The notes under the pieces are model-generated. The model was not told the DNA's origin. It saw only the letters and a list, made by a program, of their open reading frames with translations, and searched no databases. From an uncultured Phycisphaeraceae bacterium (lineage in GTDB: Bacteria > Planctomycetota > Phycisphaerae > UBA1845): a DNA stretch of 59,594 nucleotides. The DNA lies in NCBI GenBank assembly GCA_964416845.1, contig CAYQFV010000003.1, positions 1 through 59,594 on the forward strand, given 5' to 3'. This document shows, in pieces, positions 1 through 10,406 of the stretch. Positions within the stretch are counted from its first letter, which is position 1. Each line of letters begins with the position of its first letter. The position numbers were made by a program, and so were the translations under genes.

Positions 1-300
1 GCCCGAGGAATCCCCTCGCGCGTCGTTGTGGGCCTCGCCTATGTGGAGAACTTTGCCCATCGCAAGAACATCTTCGGGTTCCATATGTGGACTCAGTTCT
101 GGATCGGCGGCAAGTGGATCGACTTCGATGCAGCCTTGCGAGAATCCGATTGCAGCCCGGCGCGAATCGCGCTGGCCACCTCCTCGCTCAGCAACTCCGG
201 CGTCGGTGATGTCGCATTCGCCATCATGGATATCATCACCGGGCTGGAAATCAAAATCGACGACGTCAAGCTTCGCCCAGCACCCTCCAACCCCAAGTGA
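1..300 (+). CDS. Transglutaminase-like domain protein, C-terminal part (5' truncated)
   Basis: Frame open from base 1: ARGIPSRVVVGLAY...FHMWTQFWIGGKWIDFDAA fits the G-I-P-x-R, H-x-W and W-x-x-x-D pattern of transglutaminase-like cores. Confidence 0.75.
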   Translation, partial: ARGIPSRVVVGLAYVENFAHRKNIFGFHMWTQFWIGGKWIDFDAALRESDCSPARIALATSSLSNSGVGDVAFAIMDIITGLEIKIDDVKLRPAPSNPK

Positions 301-857
301 GTCAAAAAGCGAAACCCCGCGCCGGACATCTCGTCGCACAACGCTTCGAGTGTCGGACTCGCATCATCGACGCAGGGCCTCGCAGGCGCGTTCTGTTTCT
401 GCGAAGGACCATCGGGATTCAGCGCACAGCACCCCCGCCGACGCGTGCACGGTCGCACGCGACCTGCCGTGAGTGAATTGACTATCGTGACGACAAACCC
501 CAAGGCCACCGGGTCAATCGCGATCCAAACCCCACGCCGCGAGACCCGCCGAGTACATTATCGAGCCGAGAGAAGCCCGATCCAGCCACATTCGTAACAT
601 TCTCTCTTCGGGAGACTTACAATCGTTGTTCCGCCATGGACACTTGGTCGGTGCGGTCGCGAAGCCCGGTCTGAACATGCTCGCGACGCACGGATACGTT
701 GCGTTTCCGGTCGAACTTAGCACAGATTTCCTCCCGCCGACCGCTATGACATCTTCGAAGGAATCGAGCAACCGCCGCGAGCCGGAATCCGGCGCAAACT
801 ACTACTATATAAATAGTTATCGCAAAATGCCATCGTGTGGCACTTCGTGGGGGATCA

Positions 858-886
858 TTGACACCCCCAGGCCGGCGCGATAGAGT
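858..886 (+). promoter_or_regulatory. Sigma70-type promoter upstream of the pyrK leader
   Basis: TTGACA (858-863), 17-nt spacer, TAGAGT (881-886). Confidence 0.65.
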
Positions 887-970
887 CCGGCCCGGACGAG
901 ACATGACTCGACCCTCGAAAAACCAACGCCTTCGGGCGATGTGCTATTCGGCTTTCTATAGCCGTGGCGG

Positions 971-1014
971 ACTTCCGGAGCTGCACATTGTGTCAGCTCC
1001 GGAAGTTTTTATTT
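971..1014 (+). terminator. Intrinsic terminator or attenuator hairpin in the pyrK leader
   Basis: Perfect 13-bp stem ACTTCCGGAGCTG (971-983) / CAGCTCCGGAAGT (994-1006), followed by a T-rich tract. Confidence 0.7.
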
Positions 1015-1057
1015 CGACCATCGACACTCGATCTCCCGCGTTCGACGGTCCTGAATT

Positions 1058-2017
1058 ATGAACGACACTGCCGAATCGATCGCACCGCAGAGCAGGCTTG
1101 TCGACGGGCGCGTCGTCATCAATCGCCGAGTCTGCCGCGAACATTATCGACTCACCGTCAACTACCCACACACTTGTGTCGCTTTGCCGGGGCAATTCCT
1201 GCACCTTGCTCCGGCCAACGCGAACTCGGTGGCGATGCATGTGAGTTCGGAACGTCGCGTTATGGGGACCAGCTCATCGCCCGTGCCGTTGCTCCGGCGA
1301 GCATTCAGCATTGCCGGACTCCGCCCTACATCGAGCGGATGCACCGATCTTGACATCATCTATCGCGTGGTCGGCACGTCGACGCGATGGCTTTCGTCAT
1401 TACGACAAGACGACGTCATCAGCATACTCGGCCCTTTGGGCAACGCGTTTCCGATCAACACGTCGAAAACCCGGGCGATCCTTGTTGCGGGCGGCGTTGG
1501 GTTACCGCCGATGCTTTGGCTGGCGGGGGCGTTGAATTCCGCCGGTCGACAAACGGTGGCGATCGTCGGTGCTCACAGCGCTGATTTGCTCGCGCTCACG
1601 CTGACCACGACTGACGACATCGCACGCGACGGCCACACGGCGGGTCTTTGGGCGCAGGAGTTTTCCGCCGACAACACGCCGGTCATCATTTGTACCGACG
1701 ACGGCTCGATCGGGTTCCGCGGCTACGTTGGCGGCGCGTTGTCTGAGTTGACCGGCGAGGACGACTTCGATGCCAGCGACGTTGTGGTGTACACGTGTGG
1801 TCCGGAGGTCATGATGCGGGCCATTGCCGAGCAGTGCATCGCCCGCAACATTGAATGCTACGTGTGCATGGAACGCTCGATGGCGTGTGGGACGGGAACG
1901 TGCCAATCGTGCGTTGTGCCGGTCCACGATGACGACGCAACCGACGGATGGCGTTACGAGCTGTGTTGCGCCCAGGGCCCTGTGTTTGCAGCGAGACGGG
2001 TCATTTGGTCTGCATGA
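1058..2017 (+). CDS. pyrK: Dihydroorotate dehydrogenase electron transfer subunit (PyrK-like)
   Basis: FAD motif RRAFSIA, NAD motif AGGVGLPP, YTCGPE, C-terminal 2Fe-2S motif MACGTGTCQSC...C. Confidence 0.8.
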   Translation: MNDTAESIAPQSRLVDGRVVINRRVCREHYRLTVNYPHTCVALPGQFLHLAPANANSVAMHVSSERRVMGTSSSPVPLLRRAFSIAGLRPTSSGCTDLDIIYRVVGTSTRWLSSLRQDDVISILGPLGNAFPINTSKTRAILVAGGVGLPPMLWLAGALNSAGRQTVAIVGAHSADLLALTLTTTDDIARDGHTAGLWAQEFSADNTPVIICTDDGSIGFRGYVGGALSELTGEDDFDASDVVVYTCGPEVMMRAIAEQCIARNIECYVCMERSMACGTGTCQSCVVPVHDDDATDGWRYELCCAQGPVFAARRVIWSA

Positions 2018-2601
2018 ACCGGCGGGGGCGTCCAGCACGTCTCGCATCGAGGCTCGAAATCGCCCACACCGGCAACCATGCGGCCATTGATGATCGGCGT
2101 GAGGCGCTGTGTACGGCCGGCCTGGTCGCCGCATCGACCGCACCGAGCGTGCTTGACCGTCACGACATCCGCTAGCGATCGCAGACGGTCAACGATGGGG
2201 AACGGCTGGCCCCAGCTATCTCGGTCCAGCGCGGTGATGCTTACCGAAACGCCGCGTGTGACAAACACTTGGCACACTTCTACGAGGTGATGATCGAAGA
2301 AGTGTCCTTCGTCGATCGCGACGAACTCGACCCGATTGGTGGCCAGTGACAACGCCAAGTCCGCCCGGTCGATCGCGTCCGCGGCGCATCGCCGCTGACG
2401 ATGACTCACGACGCAATTCGCGTCGTATCGGTCATCGATCGCGTGTTTGAACACCTTCACCGCGCTCGGCGAACGAAGCGCGACCTGATCGATCAGTGCT
2501 TCGGTTTTGCCCGCGAACATGCACCCGCAAATGACATGCAGCAGTCCGCGGGCCGACCTGGCGGAAGCGAACGTACTCGTGCTGGCGGCAACGTATCGCA
2601 T
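1954..2601 (-). CDS. tdk: Thymidine kinase
   Basis: GCMFAGKT P-loop, IDEGHFF, zinc pairs CGRC and EPRCETC; start chosen at ATG 2601. Confidence 0.9.
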   Translation of the reverse strand: MRYVAASTSTFASARSARGLLHVICGCMFAGKTEALIDQVALRSPSAVKVFKHAIDDRYDANCVVSHRQRRCAADAIDRADLALSLATNRVEFVAIDEGHFFDHHLVEVCQVFVTRGVSVSITALDRDSWGQPFPIVDRLRSLADVVTVKHARCGRCGDQAGRTQRLTPIINGRMVAGVGDFEPRCETCWTPPPVHADQMTRLAANTGPWAQHSS

Positions 2602-2745
2602 GGGCGGCGATTCTCGCAGGCAACGCGTCCCATGGGAAGTGAAAAAGATACAAGATGTTTCGCGACGCTCAGTTCCTCGCCAGGCCGCGGGTCGATCGCC
2701 ACTTACAGTAAGCTGCGAAGCGCAATCCAACCCATGCGCGACGTT

Positions 2746-3600
2746 TCAACGGTCCGCAGGTTGGGGCGGCGAACTGGCGTGCGCGACCGCCAGGAGTTCG
2801 ACCGCCACGCGATTTCGTCGATCAAGTGACACCGCTCGTTCCAAGACGCCCACGGCATCTCCGTATCGCCCCGTGAAGAACCGATAGTAACCTACCAGCG
2901 TCCACAGGGCGGAATCGTCTCCTGCGTCGCGGGCTGCTTTCTCAAGTTGATTCATGTGCCTCACCAACTCGGCGGGGTCGTCGAAATCGCGTCGTAGGTC
3001 AATCGGCAGGTAGGGTATCTTCGGTTGAAGCTGGAAGGCTCGACGGATCAGCAAATACGCCTGGTCGTAGCGCCGCAGCGCGACGGCGGCATGAGCGCCG
3101 CGTAGCCGGCTGGCAGGGTCGCCTTGGTTTTGCTTCGCTGCGAGGAGGAAGCTCCGCGATGCTTCTCCATAGCGGCGGTGGCGAAAATGCTCGTCACCGG
3201 TGGCCATCAGGTTTTCGACGAATGATTCATTCCGGTTGGCGCCGGATTGACGCGCTGCCGCCTCGAGACCGTCCTGGAATCCTTGCTGGTATCCACGGTC
3301 GTACGCATCGCTGGCGGCCAGTTCCTGATACCATGTCTGCGGGGTGTAGCCTGGAGGAATGGAGGTGTTGTCAAACCGATCCCGGGCAGAGAGCGAACGC
3401 CTGCGGTCCGACTCGTATTTTCGATCACCGGGGGCGAGGGGCGGGGGCGGTCTTCCTCGCTCGTCGTGATGGTCTGCTTGGGCCTGCTTTGGTGGCGGTT
3501 GGGCAACCGCTCCATCAACACGCCAACACAGCGCAGACAGCATTACCGTCGCACAACATGCCGCCCGCCAACCGATCCGATTCGCATTCACCGATCGCAT
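2746..3600 (-). CDS. Secreted tetratricopeptide-repeat protein
   Basis: Signal peptide, then helical repeats (GDEHFRHRRYGEA, YDQAYLLIRRAFQLQP, YGDAVGVLERAVSLD). Confidence 0.7.
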   Translation of the reverse strand: MRSVNANRIGWRAACCATVMLSALCWRVDGAVAQPPPKQAQADHHDERGRPPPPLAPGDRKYESDRRRSLSARDRFDNTSIPPGYTPQTWYQELAASDAYDRGYQQGFQDGLEAAARQSGANRNESFVENLMATGDEHFRHRRYGEASRSFLLAAKQNQGDPASRLRGAHAAVALRRYDQAYLLIRRAFQLQPKIPYLPIDLRRDFDDPAELVRHMNQLEKAARDAGDDSALWTLVGYYRFFTGRYGDAVGVLERAVSLDRRNRVAVELLAVAHASSPPQPADR

Positions 3601-3697
3601 TGCGATGCCTCCGCCCATTGGGTCACCAACTCAATTCGGTCACCGATTCGATATGGCTCGCCCACCGACACGAACGCCTTCCTTTCATTCTACACCT

Positions 3698-4381
3698 TCA
3701 GACGCCGCGGGTCGGCGACGAATCTTGCGTCGAAGTCGTTTTTTCGTACGCAACGCGATAGATCGCCCGCTGTTCGCGCCGGTATTTGACTTCGTAGTTG
3801 GTGTTGATTCGGCCGTCCTCACTTCCGAAGGCCGGATCTTCAAAAGGCACCTCGCGCAAATCGTTTCGGACGGAGAGACATTCCACCATCTGATCGAAGT
3901 ACTCCTGGTGGTCGGTCTGCAGCGCCCATCGCCCACCGACCACGAGCGTTCGCACAGCCGACTCGACGAATGCCGGTTGGATCAACCGTCGCTTGTGGTG
4001 ACGCTTCTTCGGCCAGGGATCGGGATGATAGACGTGCATCGCCGACAAGCACTCAGCCGGCAAGTGCTCACGAACGAAGTAGGTCGCGTCTGCACGCAAG
4101 ATGCGCACGTTTCGCACCGACCAACGCGCCATGCGGTCCGCGGTGAACCGGTAGATCTTGTTCGCCCACTCGATGCCGATGAATCGTTTTTCTGGATGTT
4201 GCATCGCGCGGCGGAGAAGGAACCCCCCCTTGCCGCATCCGATCTCAAGTTCAACGTCTCCGGGCGACTCAAACAAGGTTGCAGGCTGCACGATCACGCC
4301 CTCGGGTGGTGGATCGAGAACGATATCGTCAATGGTGATCTTCTTCTCGGGCATCGGCGTGGTCATTGGGTCAATAATCAT
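3698..4381 (-). CDS. trmB: tRNA (guanine-N7)-methyltransferase
   Basis: VELEIGCGKG SAM motif and PDPWPKKRHHKRRL signature. Confidence 0.95.
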   Translation of the reverse strand: MIIDPMTTPMPEKKITIDDIVLDPPPEGVIVQPATLFESPGDVELEIGCGKGGFLLRRAMQHPEKRFIGIEWANKIYRFTADRMARWSVRNVRILRADATYFVREHLPAECLSAMHVYHPDPWPKKRHHKRRLIQPAFVESAVRTLVVGGRWALQTDHQEYFDQMVECLSVRNDLREVPFEDPAFGSEDGRINTNYEVKYRREQRAIYRVAYEKTTSTQDSSPTRGV

Positions 4382-4571
4382 GCTGGGCGTGATGTCTCTA
4401 CTCCGCTTGCTCCGGCCCTAGTTCCGCGAACCGGACTTCTCCGTTATTTCCACGAAAAGCGATGGTCGGCGGAGATCGCCGTCCGTTCGCGCTGGCGGAA
4501 TCTTCAAGCAGGCTCGCGCTGCTTCTCCGACTTTCATTCGCGTACCGATCGGTTATGTTACGGCAATATCG

Positions 4572-5348
4572 ATGAGGCGCAAACTTCAAGACAACATACG
4601 GAACGTTCGACATCGAATCGCGGATGCTTGTGCGCGGTGTGGGCGAAATCCCGACGACATCCGCATGATCGCCGTCACCAAGTCGGTCGGTATGGACGTC
4701 GTGCGTTGCCTCTTGGACATCGGGTTGACCGACCTGGCTGAGAATCGCCCGCTGGAACTCGTTCGACGGGCAGCGATGGTCTCGGAAATCATCGAGCGAC
4801 GAAAGCTGGTATCCCCCGACGACGTGCCGCCCACGCCGAACTGGCACATGGTCGGCCACCTGCAGCGGAATAAGGTCAAACCGATCCTCCCGTATGTCAC
4901 GTTGATCCACTCGGTGGACAGCTTGCGACTGGTCGAAGAAATCAACAAACGCGGGGAAAAGCTCGGCACGTGCGTCGACGTGTTGCTCGAAGTCAACGGC
5001 GGTAATGAGCCCCAGAAGCACGGCACGCCGGTGTGCGCGGCCCCGCATCTCGGGGAGCAAATCGCCATCCTCCCCCACCTGCGACTTCGCGGCCTGATGA
5101 CCATGGCCCCGCTCGGTGCGAACGAGATCACCCTGCGCCACCTCTTCTCTCGCGTTTGGGAGTTGTTCGAAGAGATGAAGGGCGACTATGACGTCGGTCC
5201 CGCTTTCGATACGTACAGCGCGGGCATGAGCGACGATTTCGAGATCGCCGTCCAGTGCGGCGCGACGACGGTCCGCATCGGGTCAGCCTTGTTCGACGGG
5301 ATAGATCGCCTGACCAGCCCGTCTCCCAGCAGTGCGACGACGGCCTGA
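4572..5348 (+). CDS. yggS: YggS-family PLP homeostasis protein
   Basis: IAVTKS, WHMVGHLQRNKVK, GLMTMAP, SAGMSDDFEIAVQCGATTVRIGSALF. Confidence 0.95.
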   Translation: MRRKLQDNIRNVRHRIADACARCGRNPDDIRMIAVTKSVGMDVVRCLLDIGLTDLAENRPLELVRRAAMVSEIIERRKLVSPDDVPPTPNWHMVGHLQRNKVKPILPYVTLIHSVDSLRLVEEINKRGEKLGTCVDVLLEVNGGNEPQKHGTPVCAAPHLGEQIAILPHLRLRGLMTMAPLGANEITLRHLFSRVWELFEEMKGDYDVGPAFDTYSAGMSDDFEIAVQCGATTVRIGSALFDGIDRLTSPSPSSATTA

Positions 5349-5521
5349 CGCGCCGTTGCACGGAATTCGGCGTCTACGAGGGCGAATCCGCGAGATTGCC
5401 CACGGAACCGGCTGGCACTTCGCCTTCGACACGCCCGTCCGTCACACTCTCGCCGGCGACCGGTAGCTATAACTATTCCCACAAATCCGACAGGCGAGAG
5501 AACGCGACACGTCGGGTGTAA

Positions 5522-7210
5522 CTACCGCAGAGCCTTTCTCAAAACCCTTCCGGATGCCTTGTCCGGTGCGTGTATTCCCAGGACCTTGCTGAGTGTGGGT
5601 GCCAGATCCTGAATGTTGATCGGCTTGTCGAACGACCCGGTCTTGAAGCCAGGGCCGGTCAACACGAGCGGCACGTGGGTGTCGTAATCGTACGTTGTCC
5701 CGTGACCTGCGCACACGCCGGTACGATACCAATACCGCGCCAAGTGAAGGTACACGTGACCGCTGCGATCGTCATACTCGTCGTTGGCAACTTCCTTTTC
5801 GAGGGTCGTCATTTTGGATTTCGCGCCGCCGCCCGCACGTGCGGCGACGATGGCTTTGTCGATGCCATCTTGTCGCTCGGCAGCTTGGGCAGCCACTTGG
5901 GCTGCCTCCTTAAGATCGATGCCGTGAAACTTCAACACCGGCTCGTTCAGGTACACCCACGGTAGGTCGATGGCAGAAATGTAATAGATGTTCTCCGATG
6001 TCGGCCCGAACTTGTCGGCGACGGCTTGATGGAGGTCGCCGAACAGCACGTTGAGATCGATCCTGCCGCCACCTTTTCCAAGTTCTTCCATGCGCTCCGG
6101 GCTTGGCCCTACCCCGTGGTCGCCGGTCAGCGCGAGCACATACTGATCGGCTCCGACGGTTTCGTCGAGAAACTTCAGCCATGACGCCACCTGCCGGTCC
6201 GTCCTGGCCATCATGTCGAACATTTCGTGGCTGTCCGGGCCAAACAGGTGTCCGCAATAGTCCGTGCTGGACAAGCTGACCACCAACAGGTCGGGCGTGT
6301 CGTCCTGGCCTAGCTCTTCGTGAATCACCGCCTGACGTGCCGCCTGGAACACGAGTTCGTTGCCATACGGGGAAACCTGTAACTGCTCGTAGTAGATCCG
6401 GTTGGCGGACGGCATTGCTTTGCCGAGCGTCTTGGGAAGAACGTTCATGAACAACACACGTGGTCCGGTTTCGTACGGCGCGTCGTCGATGTCGCAGTTC
6501 TTGTACGCCTCCAACGGCAACAAGCGGTCCCACACCTTGCCGAGAAACTGGTCGGCGTAGCGGTCTACGTTGAGCTGGCGAACCCACTCGGGAACGACGG
6601 GAGCATAGTAGGTGCTCGATACGAAATCCCCGCTCTTGGGCGTGAACCAGACCGCACCATCAGCCGACTTTCCACCGGACAAGACGGCCGACCGCGCTTT
6701 GAGCGAAACCGCCCACACCTTTGCGTCCTCGCCGTACTCGCGTTTTAGCTCGTCGCCAATGGTTGGGGCGGCAAGATTGGCTGGCGAATATCCCTGCGAA
6801 TCGAAGAATTCGACCGGTCCGATGGTGATGTAGTCCGTGTCGTACACGCACTCGATGGCCGCGTCGGAGCCTGAGCGATACCAGAAATTGGAGATAATGC
6901 CGTGCTCCGCCGGGACCGTGCCGCTGACGATCGTGGCGTGGCCGGGGGCGGTCTGGGTACCGCCGAAGCTGAATCGAGCGTTGGTGAAACTCGAACCGTT
7001 TCGGATCAGCCGACGAAAACCGCTCTTGCCGAAACCGTCTCCGTAGCGTGCGAGGTAGTCTCCCGGAAACATGTCCACAACGAGTACGACGGCGAGCCGA
7101 GGCGCTTGGCGATGTACGGAGCAACCCGCGCCAAACGTGGCCATCAAAATCAAGAGAACGAGACCGCTCGTCACACGCGACGATCTTGCTACCGAAACGT
7201 GTCCAATCAT
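5522..7210 (-). CDS. Alkaline phosphatase family protein (PafA-like, secreted)
   Basis: TQTAPGHATI nucleophile motif, STDYCGHLFGP, LTGDHG, GHGTTYDYDTHVP; signal peptide after ATG 7210. Confidence 0.85.
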   Translation of the reverse strand: MIGHVSVARSSRVTSGLVLLILMATFGAGCSVHRQAPRLAVVLVVDMFPGDYLARYGDGFGKSGFRRLIRNGSSFTNARFSFGGTQTAPGHATIVSGTVPAEHGIISNFWYRSGSDAAIECVYDTDYITIGPVEFFDSQGYSPANLAAPTIGDELKREYGEDAKVWAVSLKARSAVLSGGKSADGAVWFTPKSGDFVSSTYYAPVVPEWVRQLNVDRYADQFLGKVWDRLLPLEAYKNCDIDDAPYETGPRVLFMNVLPKTLGKAMPSANRIYYEQLQVSPYGNELVFQAARQAVIHEELGQDDTPDLLVVSLSSTDYCGHLFGPDSHEMFDMMARTDRQVASWLKFLDETVGADQYVLALTGDHGVGPSPERMEELGKGGGRIDLNVLFGDLHQAVADKFGPTSENIYYISAIDLPWVYLNEPVLKFHGIDLKEAAQVAAQAAERQDGIDKAIVAARAGGGAKSKMTTLEKEVANDEYDDRSGHVYLHLARYWYRTGVCAGHGTTYDYDTHVPLVLTGPGFKTGSFDKPINIQDLAPTLSKVLGIHAPDKASGRVLRKALR

Positions 7211-7670
7211 CGAAAGAATACTCCAGTTTCCAAGCCGTTCGCGATTACCGAATCCGACGGCACGCTCGTGCGCCGGCGCGAATCGCTGGATTGTAGCGAA
7301 TGTCGGCACAACCGCGAATGGATATGAAGAGGACTTCGTCGAACTCGACCGGCCACAGGTCTCCGCTGACTTGAACGCGGGCTTGGGTTGGCGGGGTGGA
7401 CCGCCGGCGGCGGGCAGTCTGAACTGAATTGTCGCGATCTCGGCATGTTGCGCTCGCCGGACCGCACCTGCCGAACATTTTGCGAACACGAGGTGGAAAG
7501 TGATTGTGACCTGATGTGACCCGCGACGATCGACGGTGGCAGCAAGCGTAGTATTCTCTGACGGCGCGTCTGATCTTGCGAAACAGCGTTCGCAGGCCGA
7601 TAATCCATCTCAGGTTGGAACATCGGGGCGGGATGAGCTGTGCTTTTCTAAGGTAGGCTGGTTTCTGGGG

Positions 7671-7698
7671 TTGTCAGCGTTGGCGGGTCGGGTATAGT
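7671..7698 (+). promoter_or_regulatory. Sigma70-type promoter of the rpsP operon
   Basis: TTGTCA, 16 nt, TATAGT, about 60 nt upstream of rpsP. Confidence 0.55.
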
Positions 7699-7758
7699 AG
7701 TTCGATTCAAGCCCCGTCGGGTGACGAGGCGGCGGATAGCCAGCGACAGGAGTCTCTT

Positions 7759-8016
7759 GTGTCGGTTAGTCTGAGATTGAAACGAATGGGGCGGCGACAT
7801 AGGCCGTTCTACCGCGTGACCGCGGTGGACAAGCGCAAAAGCCGCGACGGCCGCGTAATCGAGGAGTTGGGCCACTACGATCCGCTCGAAAAGGATGTCG
7901 CCAAGCAGGTCGTGCTTCGCGGCGATCGCATCCAGTATTGGTTGAGCGTGGGTGCCCAGCCTTCCGAAACTGTTCGGGGGCTTATGAAGCGCCTCAACAT
8001 TGGAGAAGCGAAATAG
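7759..8016 (+). CDS. rpsP: 30S ribosomal protein S16
   Basis: [38 protein letters not shown]. Confidence 0.97.
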   Translation: MSVSLRLKRMGRRHRPFYRVTAVDKRKSRDGRVIEELGHYDPLEKDVAKQVVLRGDRIQYWLSVGAQPSETVRGLMKRLNIGEAK

Positions 8017-8042
8017 GTGGGCCTTTGTCCGCACCAGGTCCG

Positions 8043-8747
8043 TTGCACGTCGACATTCTGACGCTGTTTCCCGAGTTGTTCACAACGTTCGTCGGGACGA
8101 GCATTGTCGGCCGTGCGATCGAATCTCGGATCGTCGAAATCGCGTGTACCAACTATCGCGATTTTACGACAGACAAGCACCGTAGCGTCGATGACGCACC
8201 GTTTGGCGGTGGGCCTGGCATGGTGCTGATGTGCGAGCCGATGTTTCGGGCGGTGGAATCGCTCCGTCGATATGGGGATTGTGACCCGTCGATCGTCATG
8301 CTAACGCCCCAAGGCGATCGGTTGGATCAGCGACTGGTAGAAGAACTTGCCCGCGAATCGCACTTGGTGCTGCTTTGCGGGCATTATGAAGGATTCGACG
8401 AACGCATTCGCATCGGCTTGAAACCTCGAGAGGTTTCGATTGGCGACTACGTTCTTTCCGGCGGCGAGACCGCCGCAATGGTACTGATCGACGCCGTCGT
8501 GCGGCTTCTTCCGGGCGCTCTTGGCAACGAAGCGGGCGCTGCTGAAGATTCGTTCTCGACGGGTCTGTTGGAGCATCCGCAGTACACTCGACCCCGGTCG
8601 TTTCGGGGGATGGACGTGCCGGAGGTTTTGCTCTCCGGTCATCATGCAGCCATCGACGCATGGCGGCGGGAGCAGGCGGTCGAACGGACACGAAATCGCC
8701 GACCGGACCTGTTGGCAGGCCGGGACGACGCGAAGAACAACGATTGA
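8043..8747 (+). CDS. trmD: tRNA (guanine37-N1)-methyltransferase
   Basis: [50 protein letters not shown]; TTG start uncertain (8025 or 8043). Confidence 0.96.
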   Translation: MHVDILTLFPELFTTFVGTSIVGRAIESRIVEIACTNYRDFTTDKHRSVDDAPFGGGPGMVLMCEPMFRAVESLRRYGDCDPSIVMLTPQGDRLDQRLVEELARESHLVLLCGHYEGFDERIRIGLKPREVSIGDYVLSGGETAAMVLIDAVVRLLPGALGNEAGAAEDSFSTGLLEHPQYTRPRSFRGMDVPEVLLSGHHAAIDAWRREQAVERTRNRRPDLLAGRDDAKNND

Positions 8748-8793
8748 TCGCCGCGGCAACTGACGGCGACACAGAATAGCGGGAGCAAATGGT

Positions 8794-9246
8794 ATGTCGC
8801 AGCAATTGATCGACCTCGTGGAAAAACCGCACTTGATGGCCAAGCCGCCGGAATTCCGGATCGGCGAGACCGTGGACGTTCACACGCGGATCGTCGAAGG
8901 CGAAAAAGAACGCATTCAGGTGTTCAACGGCGTGGTGATTGCTGCCCGCGGTCGCGGTATGAGCAGCACGTTCACCGTTCGGCGGATCGTCGCCAACGAG
9001 GGCGTTGAGCGCACGTTCATGTTGCACTCGCCGAGGATCGTCAAGATCGAGGTCAAGCGTCACGGCAAGGTTCGCCGCGCGAAGCTGTTCTATCTTCGCG
9101 ATCGCGTCGGCAAGGCTCGCAAGCTCAAGGAAAAACGTCGCGTGACCAAACGCGCCGCGGAAGGCCGCGGCTCGCAAGCGGCGGCGTCTGCGAAGGTCCA
9201 CGGCGGCGAAAGCCAACCGGTGGAAGTCGCAGGCCAACCGGCGTGA
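8794..9246 (+). CDS. rplS: 50S ribosomal protein L19
   Basis: [28 protein letters not shown]. Confidence 0.97.
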   Translation: MSQQLIDLVEKPHLMAKPPEFRIGETVDVHTRIVEGEKERIQVFNGVVIAARGRGMSSTFTVRRIVANEGVERTFMLHSPRIVKIEVKRHGKVRRAKLFYLRDRVGKARKLKEKRRVTKRAAEGRGSQAAASAKVHGGESQPVEVAGQPA

Positions 9247-9602
9247 ACCTCGGGGCGCGGGGCGAGCGAGTCGCCGCGCGATTCCTCAAACGAGCGCGCT
9301 ACAGAATACTAACGCGGAACTATCGCTGTCCTGCCGGCGAAATCGACATCATCGCGGCTGACGGTGACATGCTCGTCTTCGTCGAAGTCAAGACGCGTTG
9401 CTCAAACGAGTCCGCCGATCCCGAGATCAACGTCACGCACACGAAACAACGTCAGATCGAACGCGTCGCCCGCTATTACGTTCAGTCTCGTTCCGCCCAC
9501 GCTCAGCCGTGTCGTTTTGACGTCGTCAGCGTCGTCCTGCCGGGTCGAGGCGAGCCCGTCGTCGAGCACTTCGTCGACGCGTTTCAGGCGTCGGCGCGGT
9601 AG
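9243..9602 (+). CDS. yraN: YraN family protein (UPF0102)
   Basis: [21 protein letters not shown] and CRFDVV; overlaps the rplS stop. Confidence 0.9.
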   Translation: MNLGARGERVAARFLKRARYRILTRNYRCPAGEIDIIAADGDMLVFVEVKTRCSNESADPEINVTHTKQRQIERVARYYVQSRSAHAQPCRFDVVSVVLPGRGEPVVEHFVDAFQASAR

Positions 9603-9608
9603 ACCATC

Positions 9609-10385
9609 ATGGGACTCATCGACTCACACGCGCATCTGACGGCAGACGTCTTTGACGTGTCATCGGATGACCTGCTCGATCGGGCGTGCGAAGCTGGCGT
9701 GGATCACGTCATCTCCGTCGGGACCGACGTGTCTGACGCGCGGCGCGTCATCGATCTTGCGACGGAATCTTCACGCGTTTCAGCGGCGGTCGGCATCCAC
9801 CCTCACGAAGCGGGGAAGGTGGCTGGTGACGATTGGTCACGCCTGCCGGAGCTGCTTGCCGACCCGGTCGTCGTGGCTGCCGGGGAAATGGGGCTCGATT
9901 ATCATTACGACTTTGCGGACCGGGGCGCTCAGTTTGCGGCGTTCGAGGAACAACTCGCGCTCGCCTCGCCGACGTCGCTCCCGATCATCATCCACTGTCG
10001 AGAAGCCCACAGCGACACGCTGGCCATCCTCGAAACAGCGGGTTATCGCAACCGAAAGGTCGTCTTCCACTGTTTCACCGGGACCGCTCGCGAGGCCGCC
10101 GAGATTCGAGACCGTGGGTGGCGTCTGTCGTTCACCGGCGTCATCACCTTCAAGAACGCGAAAGAGGTCGGCGACATCGCGACGCAATATCCCATCGACA
10201 GCCTGATGCTGGAAACCGATGCGCCCTATCTGTCGCCCCAGCCTGTTCGTCACGTTCGCCCGAACGAACCTGCCCACCTTGTCCACACCGCTCGCTGGCT
10301 GGCGGAGCGCCGCGGGATCAGTTACGACGAGTTGGTCGAACATACGGTGGCCAACACTCGATCGTTCTTCAATCTCTCGCTGTGA
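9609..10385 (+). CDS. tatD: TatD family hydrolase
   Basis: IDSHAH, GIHPHEA, GEMGLDYHY, IIHCRE, FHCFTG, LETDAPYL. Confidence 0.92.
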   Translation: MGLIDSHAHLTADVFDVSSDDLLDRACEAGVDHVISVGTDVSDARRVIDLATESSRVSAAVGIHPHEAGKVAGDDWSRLPELLADPVVVAAGEMGLDYHYDFADRGAQFAAFEEQLALASPTSLPIIIHCREAHSDTLAILETAGYRNRKVVFHCFTGTAREAAEIRDRGWRLSFTGVITFKNAKEVGDIATQYPIDSLMLETDAPYLSPQPVRHVRPNEPAHLVHTARWLAERRGISYDELVEHTVANTRSFFNLSL

Positions 10386-10406
10386 ATGCAACCGTGACGT
10401 CATCGC

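Noticed and set aside
301-800. Short minus-strand frames that could join by a frameshift near 525 into a small membrane protein
   Set aside because: No recognisable motif or good RBS; joining them would be speculation
881-900. AGAGTCCGG resembling the start of a PyrR binding loop
   Set aside because: The rest of the motif does not match and it overlaps the -10, so it would not be transcribed
3605-4741. Long antisense ORFs here and at 31747-33051, 34519-35541, 35780-36838, 45122-46120 and 56586-57563
   Set aside because: Shadows of well-supported genes in high-GC DNA, with no family motifs
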